Source of the DNA: Carpediemonas membranifera BICM
Lineage: Eukaryota > Protista > Fornicata
Length of the DNA: 64,000 nucleotides
Direction of reading: 5' to 3'
NCBI GenBank assembly: GCA_019828565.1
Contig: JAHDYR010000069.1
Coordinates: forward strand, 434,001-498,000
A program made the translations under genes and the position numbers. Numbering within the stretch: the first letter of the stretch is position 1; each line of letters starts with the position of its first letter. Shown piece by piece: positions 9,214 through 19,458 of the stretch. The notes beneath the pieces were generated by a model. The model searched no databases, was not told where the DNA came from, and saw only the letters and a list, made by a program, of their open reading frames with translations.

Positions 9214-12081
9214 TTATAGCAGCTCAGGGCCAGCCCACGAGTCGAGGCACGCCCTCAGCACCCTCTGCGCGGCATACTCTGCCGCGGCCACCTCCTTGCT
9301 GCCGACTTCCTTGCGGTCCTGGGCCATCGCTTTCCACCGATAGAACACGCCACTCGTTACCCGCTCGACCCTGATCTCAGCCAGCATTCGCCCAGACCTG
9401 CGCGCACTGACTCGACTCAGAGTCAAATCGGACCATGCGCTGAGAGAGTTGAGGGCAATGGCCCGGCTGTGGTTCTTGGACATAACATCAGCAGCTGCAC
9501 GCTCGAGACGGACCATAACGGACCAGGCCCGCCAGGCTCGGAACACGGCGTTCACGCGGCTTGTGTCGACAATCTGCCCGGTCGCATCCAAAGCGGCATG
9601 GTGCGCCGCACGACGGGAAGCATACACACGCCAGGCTAGGAAAACTTCCCGCTCGGTGTGGTAGCTCCTTACTGCGTGCAGATTGTGCGAGACTGACGCG
9701 GCATGGACGCCATCATCATAGACACGGACCATCGTCTCAAAGGCATGCCGGAGAGGGTTGTGACGCTTGTTGAGGATGCCCTTGAGGTCTCGGGAGGTGT
9801 GCTCGAGCACGGTCATGCGATACCAGTGCCGGAGCGACTCAACGCGCAGTTTAGCGCTGACTCGGTTGACAGTCATGGACTCGGCCAGCTCGCACTTGCG
9901 GCGCCTTCTATTGAAGTCTCTGAGCGCCCTATAAGTCTTGGGGACGATTCTCTTGTCATGGAATGCAACCGCGACTCGCCACTGCTGCTGAGCCCTCCGA
10001 TTCTCCCACAGCGCGACGAACACGCGATACAGCGTACTCTCGTGGTCGAACTGCCTGGCAAGTCTCATGTTCTCCCACTTCCGTCTTCTCTGCCTTGCCG
10101 CCGCGGCCCATGCGAGCAGGGCGACTCTGGCAGAGTCACGGAGGGCGGGCATGGACTCTCCTCTCCCAAGACAGAGCTGGCCAAGCACGAGCATGGCGCG
10201 CTGTCTCGTGGCGGGAGAGAGGGCGGCGAACCGGCTGGCGAGGACCATGCGACGCTCCTCGGCGTGGGCCTGGCGGTGGGCGACTTCGGCCCAGGCGAAG
10301 AGAATCTCCTTGGCGATGGCGCGGTTGTGGGCGAGCTGGGCGATCTCGAAGGCTTGGGTGATCCTCGCTTTCCGGCGCCACAGCCCCATCACGGTGCTGA
10401 GTTCGGCTCGCCTCTTGTCCTCGAGCACTGCACGGTGCCTTGCCCGAGTCGCTGCACGAAGCCGCCATTGCGCCAGAACTGACTGCTTGGAGAGCTCCTC
10501 GCGTCTGGCTATTACCCGCTGCTCTGTTTGTACCAGATCCAGCACCCCGACCCAGTGGGCCATAGTTGCGGTCTTCGTCTTCGTCTGCTGTCTCGCGATA
10601 TGCTGGTGGTATAGCTGCATGAGCTCGAAAGCTCTGGTCCACTTCGCGAGGGACTTGCGGAGGCGCCGCTCGACACAGGCGCGAGATGCATCGCGTGCGG
10701 CGACGATATCCCAGGTAAGGCCACGCCAGTGTGCAAAGTTGGACGTGACACTGCCGGTCTCTTTGGCCTGCCTGTGTTGCTCGTACAGCCCGTGGAGCCG
10801 CGCCTCCCTCCGCCACACTGCCAGCCCTCTTTCCAAGCGTGCCCGGTCGACTGTCGCGACAGCCTTGCCGTCGTCGACCCGCTGCGCCTCTTTGCTCTCC
10901 TTCCAATCGGCCATGGTACGAGTGAGGACCTTTGTCTCGTGGTACTCCGCGGCCTGCTCAATGCGGCGGGCCCGGCTGAGCTCCTCCTGCCAGATACGAA
11001 GAGCGTCACACGCGACACGGCGGTTCATGCTGATGGCGAACGTGTGTGCCTTAGCCTGAGTCCGCCAGCTGACGAGAGAACCGCGCATGAGACGGCATGC
11101 CCGATGTAGGGCGGCGGCCTCAAGGTCCTCGCGGGCAGCCCAGTCGGCACTGGCGCTCGACCGCAAGATCGCGGACCGCTCGGTGACAATGTCATCATCG
11201 TTGCTGTCACTATCCGAATCCTCCTGCTCGACCACACTTGTCTCCGATTCCGGCGCGCTGGAAGTATAGTAGTATCTTCTGCCGGCCCTGGGGAGAGGGG
11301 TGTCAGGCACTTCGGGAAGCTGCTGGGCACGTGTCGCGGGGTCTGTCTCGGGCTGGGCGGGTGTGGTCGATCGCCCAGCTATTCTTCCAGCGCTGGGTGT
11401 GGCTGGGCGGCCGGGCAAGTCTGATGACTGTCTCCTGCTCGAGCTCCTCATCTCATCCTCGGCCTCGTTCTCCACCAGTGTAGGAAGCTTCTTGCTACTC
11501 GCCCATCCGGGCCTTTTGACAGAAGACGACGCTTGGCTGGTAAAGGCCGACATCAACTCCCTCGGCGAGTCAAGCATCATCGCTAGGGTGTTAAAGTCGG
11601 TGGGGGCGGGCGGAGTGTCCATCAGCTGACTGATGCTGAGCGACGAGGCCAGCGTGGGGCCGGGAAGGACGGCGACGCTGTGGTGTCGTTTCTTGAGGAC
11701 AGGTGCCCGGCTGGGAGAGGCGCTTGCTGAGGCGGTGGATGGACGACGTGTGCTTGTGTAGTTGTAGAGTGCGCTAAACGCGTTGCGTAGGTGGCGTAGG
11801 CGGTTGAAGCGGGCAGCATTGGCATCGTTCGTTCGTGCACGTCGCACAATCTCAAGCCGCTCGGTCCAATTCGGTGTCTCAGTGATCTCACTCATAGCCA
11901 TGATCAGCTCGTACATCATCTTATCAGTTCTGCTGCCTTGATCGTGAGAGGAGGAGGCGTTCTGGTTGAGCGCAGTAATCAACGCCGTGAGAGAAACTGG
12001 AATGTCTTCAGTTGTGAGCGATGATATTAATCGTTGGACACCGGCGGCGGCCTTCCCAATGGCTCGCACATCCCCAGACAT
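9214..12081 (-). CDS. Sfi1-repeat (centrin-binding) basal body/centrosome protein
   Basis: Many periodic Trp repeats (SLVSWR, ALRIWQ, TMADWK, GLAVWR, NFAHWR, VFRAWR) after a Ser/Pro-rich N-terminus. Confidence 0.75.
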   Translation of the reverse strand: MSGDVRAIGKAAAGVQRLISSLTTEDIPVSLTALITALNQNASSSHDQGSRTDKMMYELIMAMSEITETPNWTERLEIVRRARTNDANAARFNRLRHLRNAFSALYNYTSTRRPSTASASASPSRAPVLKKRHHSVAVLPGPTLASSLSISQLMDTPPAPTDFNTLAMMLDSPRELMSAFTSQASSSVKRPGWASSKKLPTLVENEAEDEMRSSSRRQSSDLPGRPATPSAGRIAGRSTTPAQPETDPATRAQQLPEVPDTPLPRAGRRYYYTSSAPESETSVVEQEDSDSDSNDDDIVTERSAILRSSASADWAAREDLEAAALHRACRLMRGSLVSWRTQAKAHTFAISMNRRVACDALRIWQEELSRARRIEQAAEYHETKVLTRTMADWKESKEAQRVDDGKAVATVDRARLERGLAVWRREARLHGLYEQHRQAKETGSVTSNFAHWRGLTWDIVAARDASRACVERRLRKSLAKWTRAFELMQLYHQHIARQQTKTKTATMAHWVGVLDLVQTEQRVIARREELSKQSVLAQWRLRAATRARHRAVLEDKRRAELSTVMGLWRRKARITQAFEIAQLAHNRAIAKEILFAWAEVAHRQAHAEERRMVLASRFAALSPATRQRAMLVLGQLCLGRGESMPALRDSARVALLAWAAAARQRRRKWENMRLARQFDHESTLYRVFVALWENRRAQQQWRVAVAFHDKRIVPKTYRALRDFNRRRRKCELAESMTVNRVSAKLRVESLRHWYRMTVLEHTSRDLKGILNKRHNPLRHAFETMVRVYDDGVHAASVSHNLHAVRSYHTEREVFLAWRVYASRRAAHHAALDATGQIVDTSRVNAVFRAWRAWSVMVRLERAAADVMSKNHSRAIALNSLSAWSDLTLSRVSARRSGRMLAEIRVERVTSGVFYRWKAMAQDRKEVGSKEVAAAEYAAQRVLRACLDSWAGPELL

Positions 12082-12316
12082 GGTTGAGTTTTTTGGGACT
12101 TCGGATTAGAGTCGGTCGAGAGTCAATCGTCTGGGTGTGGTCGATGAGGGCTGGCACGGCGCTGTAGATGCCGGAAGACGGTCATCCGAGTCTTTAAACG
12201 AAGATTTTTGGTCCATCTTTCGAGAGCAGGAAGTGCCGGGCAGGCTTTGGACAAGAAATCAAGGAAACACGGCCGGGGACGGTTTAAATATAGCACCACG
12301 GGTCTTCACCAGACAC

Positions 12317-12772
12317 TCACTGAGCCTTCGCGTACTTCTCGGTCCATTCCTTCGCGATCTGCATTGCCTTCTCGGGCTCCTCGATCCAGACCTTCGCCGC
12401 GGCGTTGTTAAGAGGATCGTCTGGGTTAGGGGTTGACATCAGCGCCTGGATGCTGAGTAGAACGCCGCGGATCTGCAAGGCCGGGGACCACTCGTTTTGA
12501 GTGAGGATGTTGAGGCAAATGCGCCCAAGCCTGTCGACGTTAGGATGCCAGACGGGAGTGAGGAAACGGACCTTTGGCGGAGCCATCGGATAGTTGTCGG
12601 GAATGTACAACTCCAGCCTGAATTGGCCGCCAGCATAACAGGTCTCGGAAGGCCCACTCAGGTGGATGTTGAAATGGTGCATGTTGTCCTCATTCACTGA
12701 GGCACTGATTCCGGGAATGCCACCACGAAGGAGATCCTTCGTCTCTTTCTGGATTCTCATAGCAAAGGCCAT
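12317..12772 (-). CDS. UBC13: Ubiquitin-conjugating enzyme E2, Ubc13/UBE2N type
   Basis: YPMAPPKVRFLTPVWHPNVDRLGRICL, WSPALQIRGVLLSIQALMSTPNPDDPL. Confidence 0.9.
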   Translation of the reverse strand: MAFAMRIQKETKDLLRGGIPGISASVNEDNMHHFNIHLSGPSETCYAGGQFRLELYIPDNYPMAPPKVRFLTPVWHPNVDRLGRICLNILTQNEWSPALQIRGVLLSIQALMSTPNPDDPLNNAAAKVWIEEPEKAMQIAKEWTEKYAKAQ

Positions 12773-13019
12773 CTTGACCGGGATTAACCTGCACGTTGAA
12801 TTTATCGAGTGTGATTTGCCCCATTCAGGCAGAGCAACACGCTCACTCTGCCCCTGTCGCCTCTATAGCCTCTAACCTGCCCTCCAGCTCCGGCATGGAC
12901 CCAGACACCGGCTGAGCTCTGACCTCCTGCCCTGGTCGACAGTCACCAAACCGGCAAGAAATACATTTAAAAGACAAAGATATACCTGTCCAATACACTA
13001 CAGCTGTTCAAGAACTCCG

Positions 13020-14156
13020 TCAATCGACGTCGGCAAAGCTGCCGGCCATCTCCTCAGCGTCCTCCTGCATCTCGTCCGCCTCCGCCAGCAGCTTCGACAC
13101 CGCCGCGCTCTCAGCAATCCTGCCCCTCTGCGTCGAGTCCTCCTGCGCCACCGTGCACTGTGCCTCGAGACGCCTGATCTTCCTCAGCAGCTCCTGGACC
13201 TCCTCGGCGTGCATGGCGTCCGACTCCTTGGCCAGCTCTTTCAGCTCGTCGTTCTCAGCACGGACCTCCGCCAGCTTATCGAGGAACTTGTCGACCTTAT
13301 TCTGCATCTCTGCGAGTTCTTTCTCCGTGTCGGCGACGGCAGTCATGCCCTTGGCGTGGAGCTCCTCGGCCACACGCTGTTTCTTGACAAGCTCCTCCTT
13401 GTCCTTAGCGGCCACCTCAGCCTCCTTCTTGGCCTCTTCCTCGCCCTTCTTCGCCTCAGTCACCTGTTCCCGCAACCTCTCAATCTCTGCGGCGAGCTTC
13501 AGAATAGTCTGTCCCGCCTCAGATAAGTTACCCCTCAGCGTCTCAACCTCGGCCTCGAACTCTCCTCTGGCGTGCACGGCGTCCTCGGCATATGCTTTCC
13601 ACTCCATGCAAGAGTCCCGCTGTGCCTTGAACTTTTCGAGAGCGGTGTTCAAGCTTGAAGTCAGCTTCGCAATGTACTGGTCCCGCGCCTTGATGTCGCT
13701 GCTGACGACCGAGAGCGTTTCATTGATAGCCCGCTGTGACATGCCTGAGAGCTCTTCCTCGAGCTCAGAAACACGGCGGCGGAGGCGGTTCCTATCGGCC
13801 ACGGTCTTCGTGTGCCGGGACTCGAGATCTTGCATGTCTTCGAGGATGCGTTCAAGGCCTCTGGCCTCGTCACTCGAGTCGACAGCCTGTGCTTTGCTTT
13901 CGAGGTCTGTAATCGTCTGCTTCAGTGTCGTAATCATGTCATCCTTTGCTGCTAGCGACCTCTCAAGATCACTCTTGGAGTCGCTTGATTGGCGACTCCA
14001 CTCAGGGCCAGTGCGCTGCTCCTCTTCTTGCATATCTTCCTGAAGCGCGCGAATCGTGGCGCTGATGTGATCTATTCTGTTCTGTGCTCTAGTACGATCA
14101 AAAGGCGATGGTGGAACAGACATTGGTGTCCTCGGCGGCATTGCATCGCTGCTCAT
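13020..14156 (-). CDS. Coiled-coil protein
   Basis: Long heptad-rich E/K/A ORF. Confidence 0.7.
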   Translation of the reverse strand: MSSDAMPPRTPMSVPPSPFDRTRAQNRIDHISATIRALQEDMQEEEQRTGPEWSRQSSDSKSDLERSLAAKDDMITTLKQTITDLESKAQAVDSSDEARGLERILEDMQDLESRHTKTVADRNRLRRRVSELEEELSGMSQRAINETLSVVSSDIKARDQYIAKLTSSLNTALEKFKAQRDSCMEWKAYAEDAVHARGEFEAEVETLRGNLSEAGQTILKLAAEIERLREQVTEAKKGEEEAKKEAEVAAKDKEELVKKQRVAEELHAKGMTAVADTEKELAEMQNKVDKFLDKLAEVRAENDELKELAKESDAMHAEEVQELLRKIRRLEAQCTVAQEDSTQRGRIAESAAVSKLLAEADEMQEDAEEMAGSFADVD

Positions 14157-14259
14157 TGCAGTCGGTGGTGTCTTCAGAAATCTCTCATTTACGATGATAC
14201 ATAACCCCACATAACTCCGCCATACCCCAGCCCACTAATATGTATTTACCGTAAACGCT

Positions 14260-15904
14260 CTAGCAGGTCATATACTGCACCAGATACTCCTTGAGCGCGT
14301 CCTGGGGGTCAATCTTGTGCTGGTAGAGCACGACCGCGTAGCCAGGCTTGGACGGCCCCACGAGGTTCAAGTGGTGGACGAACACGGCGCTGTCGTACTT
14401 GGTGCAGACCACGTTGTACTGCTGGGCCACGTCGATGTCCTTGGGCGAGATGCTCAGCATATAGTGCGGCAGCTCCGCGTAGTTCGCACTAAAGGCGAGC
14501 TCGTCGACCCTGCTCTCCCGCTCGACGGGCTGGGCGGGGTCCGGGTGGTAGTTGAGGTCGAGTAGCATCTTCAGCTCTGCCCCGGTCAGTGTGAGGAGGT
14601 AAAAGTCGTCTGGGAAGGGGATGATCGTGTAGAGGTCACCCGTGGTCACCTGGCCGGCGTACATATTGGCCCTAAGAAGCCCTCTGTTGAGCAGCGAGAC
14701 AGTCGGGGTTGCGGGGGCGGGGGTGACGTAGACGATCTTCTCCATGACCTTGAAGAAGAAGTAGAGGAAGGACGACTCCTTGTCGGGCCCGTACGGGGCA
14801 GTGGTGCGACTGTACTTCTTGTCGGAGCAGCCGAGGACGTGGTCGAGGCGCAGCTCGCGGTTCATCTGGTCGACCTCGGCCTGCATCGCCTTGGACTGCT
14901 GGGTCTCGAACTCAGCGCCACCGACAGCCCTGGTGAATGAGCTAGTATACGCGGAGACGGACTTGTGGCTGGGGAGGTCGGCCCACTGCCACTTGCCCGA
15001 GGCGCGGGTGAAGTGCAGGTCCATCTCGACGAACATGTAGAGGTAGCACATGGGCTCGGACATGAAGCACTGGGGGTCAGTCGACCCGTCGGCGGCGATG
15101 CAGTTGGCGTGGCGGAACTGGTGGGAGTGGCCCGTCAGGAGGAGGAGGGGCGTGTCGGGCATCAGGGCGCGCTGGGCGAGGTAGATGTTGTTGTTCTGAG
15201 GGTCAGATGTGGCGATGTGGTTGAGGTTGATCACAAAGTCGGGCTTCTCCTTCTCGATGACGGCCTTGAACCAATCAGAGTTGATCGTCTCGACCGCGTC
15301 GGCTACATAAGCGTCGGCGATGTCGTGGTCGAAGTTGTAGATCCAGCCGAAGATGATGACCTTCATGTCGAACTTCTTGAGCGTCATGGTGCGGTAACGG
15401 GTCTGGCCGAGGGGCTTCATGTCCTCCTGGCTCTCGCCCTTGTTGGAGCCCCAGATGGTGTTGGTAGTAACGTAGAGATCGGACTCAGTGAAGAGGTCGG
15501 AGGCGTGGTCGTGCAGCATCTTCACAGTGTCGGGGAGGCCGAGCTCGTGGTTGCCCACAGTCATGCCGTCGTACGGCAGGTGCTTCATCATCGCGAAGAT
15601 GAAGGAGCCGTCAATGTCGGTAGCGTCGCTGAAGCCCGTGCCCTGGACCTGGTCACCAGAGTCGAGGAGGAGGAACTCAGTGGCCTCGTCATCGTCAATC
15701 ATTCCCTTCTCGGTCTCCACCAGCCCAAGGAAGTCAGCAAGGCCCTCAGTCATGTGCTGGTGGGGATGGGCATCAACCCAGCCGTGGATATCGCCTGTGT
15801 GAGGAGCATTCGTATGACGAACTCGTTTGCCAGATCCGAAGAGTGCCGCTCATTGGCGCACCGAGCACGCAGATCAATAAAAGTGTTACTAGCAGTAGCT
15901 TCAT
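14260..15904 (-). CDS. Secreted 5'-nucleotidase (calcineurin-like metallophosphoesterase plus C-terminal domain); 2 exons (15904-15823, 15794-14260)
   Basis: Signal peptide MKLLLVTLLL; a 28-nt intron (15795-15822, GTTCGT...TCACACAG) restores SDIHG; DSGD, GNHE and GHSH motifs. Confidence 0.88.
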
Positions 15905-16393
15905 TCCAATTAGCAATGCCTGCCTTCCGTCACGGGGAAAACGAGTAGTTGTTGTGGAGATTCCCAGCCGGAATCTGCTTGACCCCGAGATTCTCATGGG
16001 TCCTACGAACCCACCCTATGCTCTTCCCGATGATGGTTTCAGGGCCATATAGGTCGCGTTTCTTTTCCCGCGATCGGATGTGTCATGGCACCTGTGGTTG
16101 GGTCAAGCATAGTCTGTGGGAGATATGATGAGTGTGATGGAATGGAAACGGATAATTGAGCGACTAACAAGCATGTGAGCTCTGGGCAGTCAATGGCCGA
16201 GCCGACACGGGCCTTGGCAAGCTCTCTTCTTGCAATCTCAGAGCAGCCGAGAATTCCTACGGCCCTTTCATCGCATCCTCATGCCCACCGTGCCAGTCCA
16301 AGGCTCATCTGAACACTTTACTGACCCTCAGCACGACTGACCTAAAACTGCACTTGCGCCATCGCGCGATTGCCGCAACACGAAGAATAGCAA

Positions 16394-17493
16394 ATGCTGT
16401 GGCTTGACGAGGAGCGCCCAAAGAAACTGAAGGAACTTAACTACCATCATGACGTGAATAATATGCTCATCCGGCTGTCGAGCAAGAACGACTTCCCTCA
16501 CATGCTTTTCTATGGTCCCAGTGGATCTGGAAAGAAAACGCGCATAATGGCATTCCTTCATGACATATTTGGCGCCAACGTGGAGAAAATGAAGAGTGAA
16601 ATGAAGACGGTGACTGTGAACCGCAACGATGTAGAGATCATGGTTCGTTCTCCTCCCCCGCGCCTCCCAACCTCACACAGATGATCTCATCGCCATTCCA
16701 CTTCGAGTTCAACCCTTCTGACGCCGGTGTTAGAGACAGACACGTCGTCCAAGAGATCATTAACGAGATTGCGACGAACCCCTCCTCGGGCGTCCAGACG
16801 GGGAACCGACCGACGTTCAAGGTCATCATCCTCAACGAGGCGGATAAGCTGACCACCGCTGCCCAGCAGGCACTCCGTCGGACCATGGAGTCGTGCGTGA
16901 AGTCGGCCCGCCTCATCCTGGTCTCAGAAAACCTCAGCAGAGTCATCGAGCCGCTCAGGTCAAGGTGTCTGCTGCTCAGAGTGCCCTCACCCGACGGGAT
17001 AGACGTTGCCACGGTGCTGAACGACGCCGCTATGAACCATAAGGTGCACCTCGCCCAACCGGTGGTGGACCGACTCGTGCTCACGGCCGGGGGCAACGTC
17101 AGGCTCGCCCTGCTGCTGCTCGAGGCCACTGCAATCAACAACAACCTCCGCTGCACCCCGGACACGCTGGTCACGGCCCCGAACTGGGTCCTCGCCGCAG
17201 AGTCGATCGGAGTCGACCTCGTCAAGGGCCCCCACAATCCGCTCGCCCTGCACAGGCTCCGCACCAAGACGTACGAGCTGCTGACCCGCGCAATCCCCCC
17301 TGAGCGTATCTTTGTCCTCGTTCTCGACACTGTGCTGCGGCATGGCAGCTGTCCGCCCGCCGCTAAGGGGGAGCTGGCGTACTGGACCGCTTTCTTCCAG
17401 CACAGGTGTGCGCTCGGCGGGAAGCCTGTGGTGCACCTCGAGGCGTTCTATGCCCGGGTGATGGGCGTCCTGGCCCAGTATGGCCGGGGTTGA
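16394..17493 (+). CDS. RFC3: Replication factor C subunit (human RFC3/yeast Rfc5); 2 exons (16394-16642, 16681-17493)
   Basis: MLWLDEERP, PHMLFYGPSGSGKKTRI, AQQALRRTME and SRC motifs; 38-nt intron GTTCGT...TCACACAG joins the exons in frame. Confidence 0.93.
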
Positions 17494-17586
17494 GCAATGA
17501 GACGAAATAAACTATCGTGTCGACTGTATGACTTTGGGAAACAACATTCCTCGCCTATTACCTTACCTAATAATCAACTTTTGCTG

Positions 17587-18360
17587 TCACACATCCTTCT
17601 TCAGGCGGTAGAGCTTGTAGCCCTCGGGGCCGACTTCCAACAGCTGTTTGGGGTGGGGAATTACGCTCTGGCGGTGGGCGCTGACCATGGTGATGCCGCG
17701 GCTGGTGCACTCAGTCCGCAGCCGCCTCTCGAGGGAGCTGTTGAGGGACGTCGCCTCGTCCATCACGGCCCAGCGCGGGATGTGGAAGAAGAGGCGCGCG
17801 AAGCCCAGGCGCTGCTGCTCGCCGCCCGACAGGATGTCACTCCACGGCGCTTCCGTGTCAAGCCCGAAGCGGTCCAGCAGATAGCCCAGCTCGCAGTCAC
17901 GCAGACAAGACTCGATGCGGTCGGCGTCCTTGCCATTCTCGTCCGCGGCATCGGAAGCGTTCAATTCCTCGTTCACCTCCTCGAGGGCCTGGTACGCATT
18001 GGGCGGCGACTGTAGCCTGACTTGCTCGGAGTCGGATACGTTGGGATATGATCTGATCACGCAGCGTCCCCATGAATATTTAACTCTTCTGCGGTAGGAA
18101 GAACATGTCCGCGGCCGGGTCACAGTGCCCATGGTCGCGGGCCAGAGTCCAGCAATCACTCGGTGCCCCACGCTCTCACCCTCAGTGACTGCCAAGCTTG
18201 CGCCACACGTCATGGCGGGCCGAGAAGGCACCATGTCCAGGCCCATCTGACATGTGAGATTCTTGAGACAATGTCAACATCCGCCCATTTGACAGCTCGC
18301 TCAGTGTTTATCAGCGGGTCAAACAGTATTCCTCTGTGGGCTCTTCCATCTGGCATCATT
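17587..18360 (-). pseudogene. Fragment of an ABCD/YddA-type ABC transporter nucleotide-binding domain
   Basis: WSDILSGGEQQRLGFARLFFHIPRWAVMDEATS is present; Walker A and TM domain are absent; upstream part is frameshifted. Confidence 0.7.
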
Positions 18361-19255
18361 CGGGGAGCACGAGTCCTCGGACCTTGAAGGTGAAGTTGTT
18401 CTTGAACGCCAAGGCCATGCCATCGAGATAGCGCCGGACTGTCCACTTTTGATTGGTAGCCTCATCATTTGATTGGCCCTGATTCTTAACCTCTTGGTGG
18501 TCAGCCCACCAGTCGGCCAGCCGCCACGGATGGACGGCCCCAGTGGCCGTAAGCTTGATGTGGACCCCCACATGTTCGAACCCCACCCGCAATGCCGGAG
18601 TATGAGTCCGGAAATCAGTTTCACCAGCAAATCTGACAGTCCTCGGCCCGAGTATGCTCTGGTTGTACCACTGGGCGAAGTCCGTGTCGCCTACCCGGGG
18701 CGACCCCGCGGACTGTACCCCGGCCACGGGTAGACCGCTCCTGTGGAGACCCGCTGCTACTAGTACAGCTGCTGCGGCGGCATTTCCAAATCCTGAGACC
18801 CAGATGCGGGTGACACCGGTCATGCCTCCGGCAACAACGGCGTCCAGTACGCCTCGAGCAGCCTCGGCAGCAACCGAGTTGACCCGCCCAGGCCAGAGCT
18901 TGTCGCTGACTAGTGCGGGCTCATCTGAATTCGACCAGTCCTTGATCAGGACGTAGTGGTTGCCCTCGATGATGACAGTGAAGAAGCGATCAGTCCAAAC
19001 TAGAGAACCCTTGGACCCCTGGCGCTCCATTTCCCACTCAATGACATAAAATGGCTCGTTAGTGAGAGAACAAAGGTGGCAGAGCTCCATGCAGTGCTGA
19101 AGCTGCATAGGACCTGTCAGTTCTCGTGCACCGGTGAAGCGATAATGGCTCTTTTTCGTCAGTTTCTTCATACCAGATCTGTACTGTCCCCAGTGTCGTC
19201 TATTACGCTCAAAAGCCTCTCCCATGGCCTGACCAAAGTCGTTGATATCTGTCAT
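18356..19255 (-). CDS. Lipase class 3-like protein, nucleophile motif degenerate
   Basis: GSPRVGDTDFA and GFEHVG motifs; the GHSLG position reads GFGNA. Confidence 0.7.
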   Translation of the reverse strand: MTDINDFGQAMGEAFERNRRHWGQYRSGMKKLTKKSHYRFTGARELTGPMQLQHCMELCHLCSLTNEPFYVIEWEMERQGSKGSLVWTDRFFTVIIEGNHYVLIKDWSNSDEPALVSDKLWPGRVNSVAAEAARGVLDAVVAGGMTGVTRIWVSGFGNAAAAAVLVAAGLHRSGLPVAGVQSAGSPRVGDTDFAQWYNQSILGPRTVRFAGETDFRTHTPALRVGFEHVGVHIKLTATGAVHPWRLADWWADHQEVKNQGQSNDEATNQKWTVRRYLDGMALAFKNNFTFKVRGLVLPE

Positions 19256-19458
19256 AAAATGCGAAATGCTCGTTTCTGCTGAGATCTGTCACTTTGACTC
19301 TAGATGACCATGGAGACATGTGCTTACTGAGCTCCAGACCCTGCCCTGCCGCTTTTCCTCACTTATCCCACTCACCATGCCCTGTCATGGACCCCAACTT
19401 CGGGCGAGTCATCACACATTGGACCGGTCTAGATACTACTTTACTACTACCACGCGGC

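Noticed and set aside
7906-15948. Long antisense ORFs (e.g. 7906-8829, 10067-11059, 13153-14043, 14965-15948)
   Set aside because: Shadow ORFs of GC-rich genes on the opposite strand
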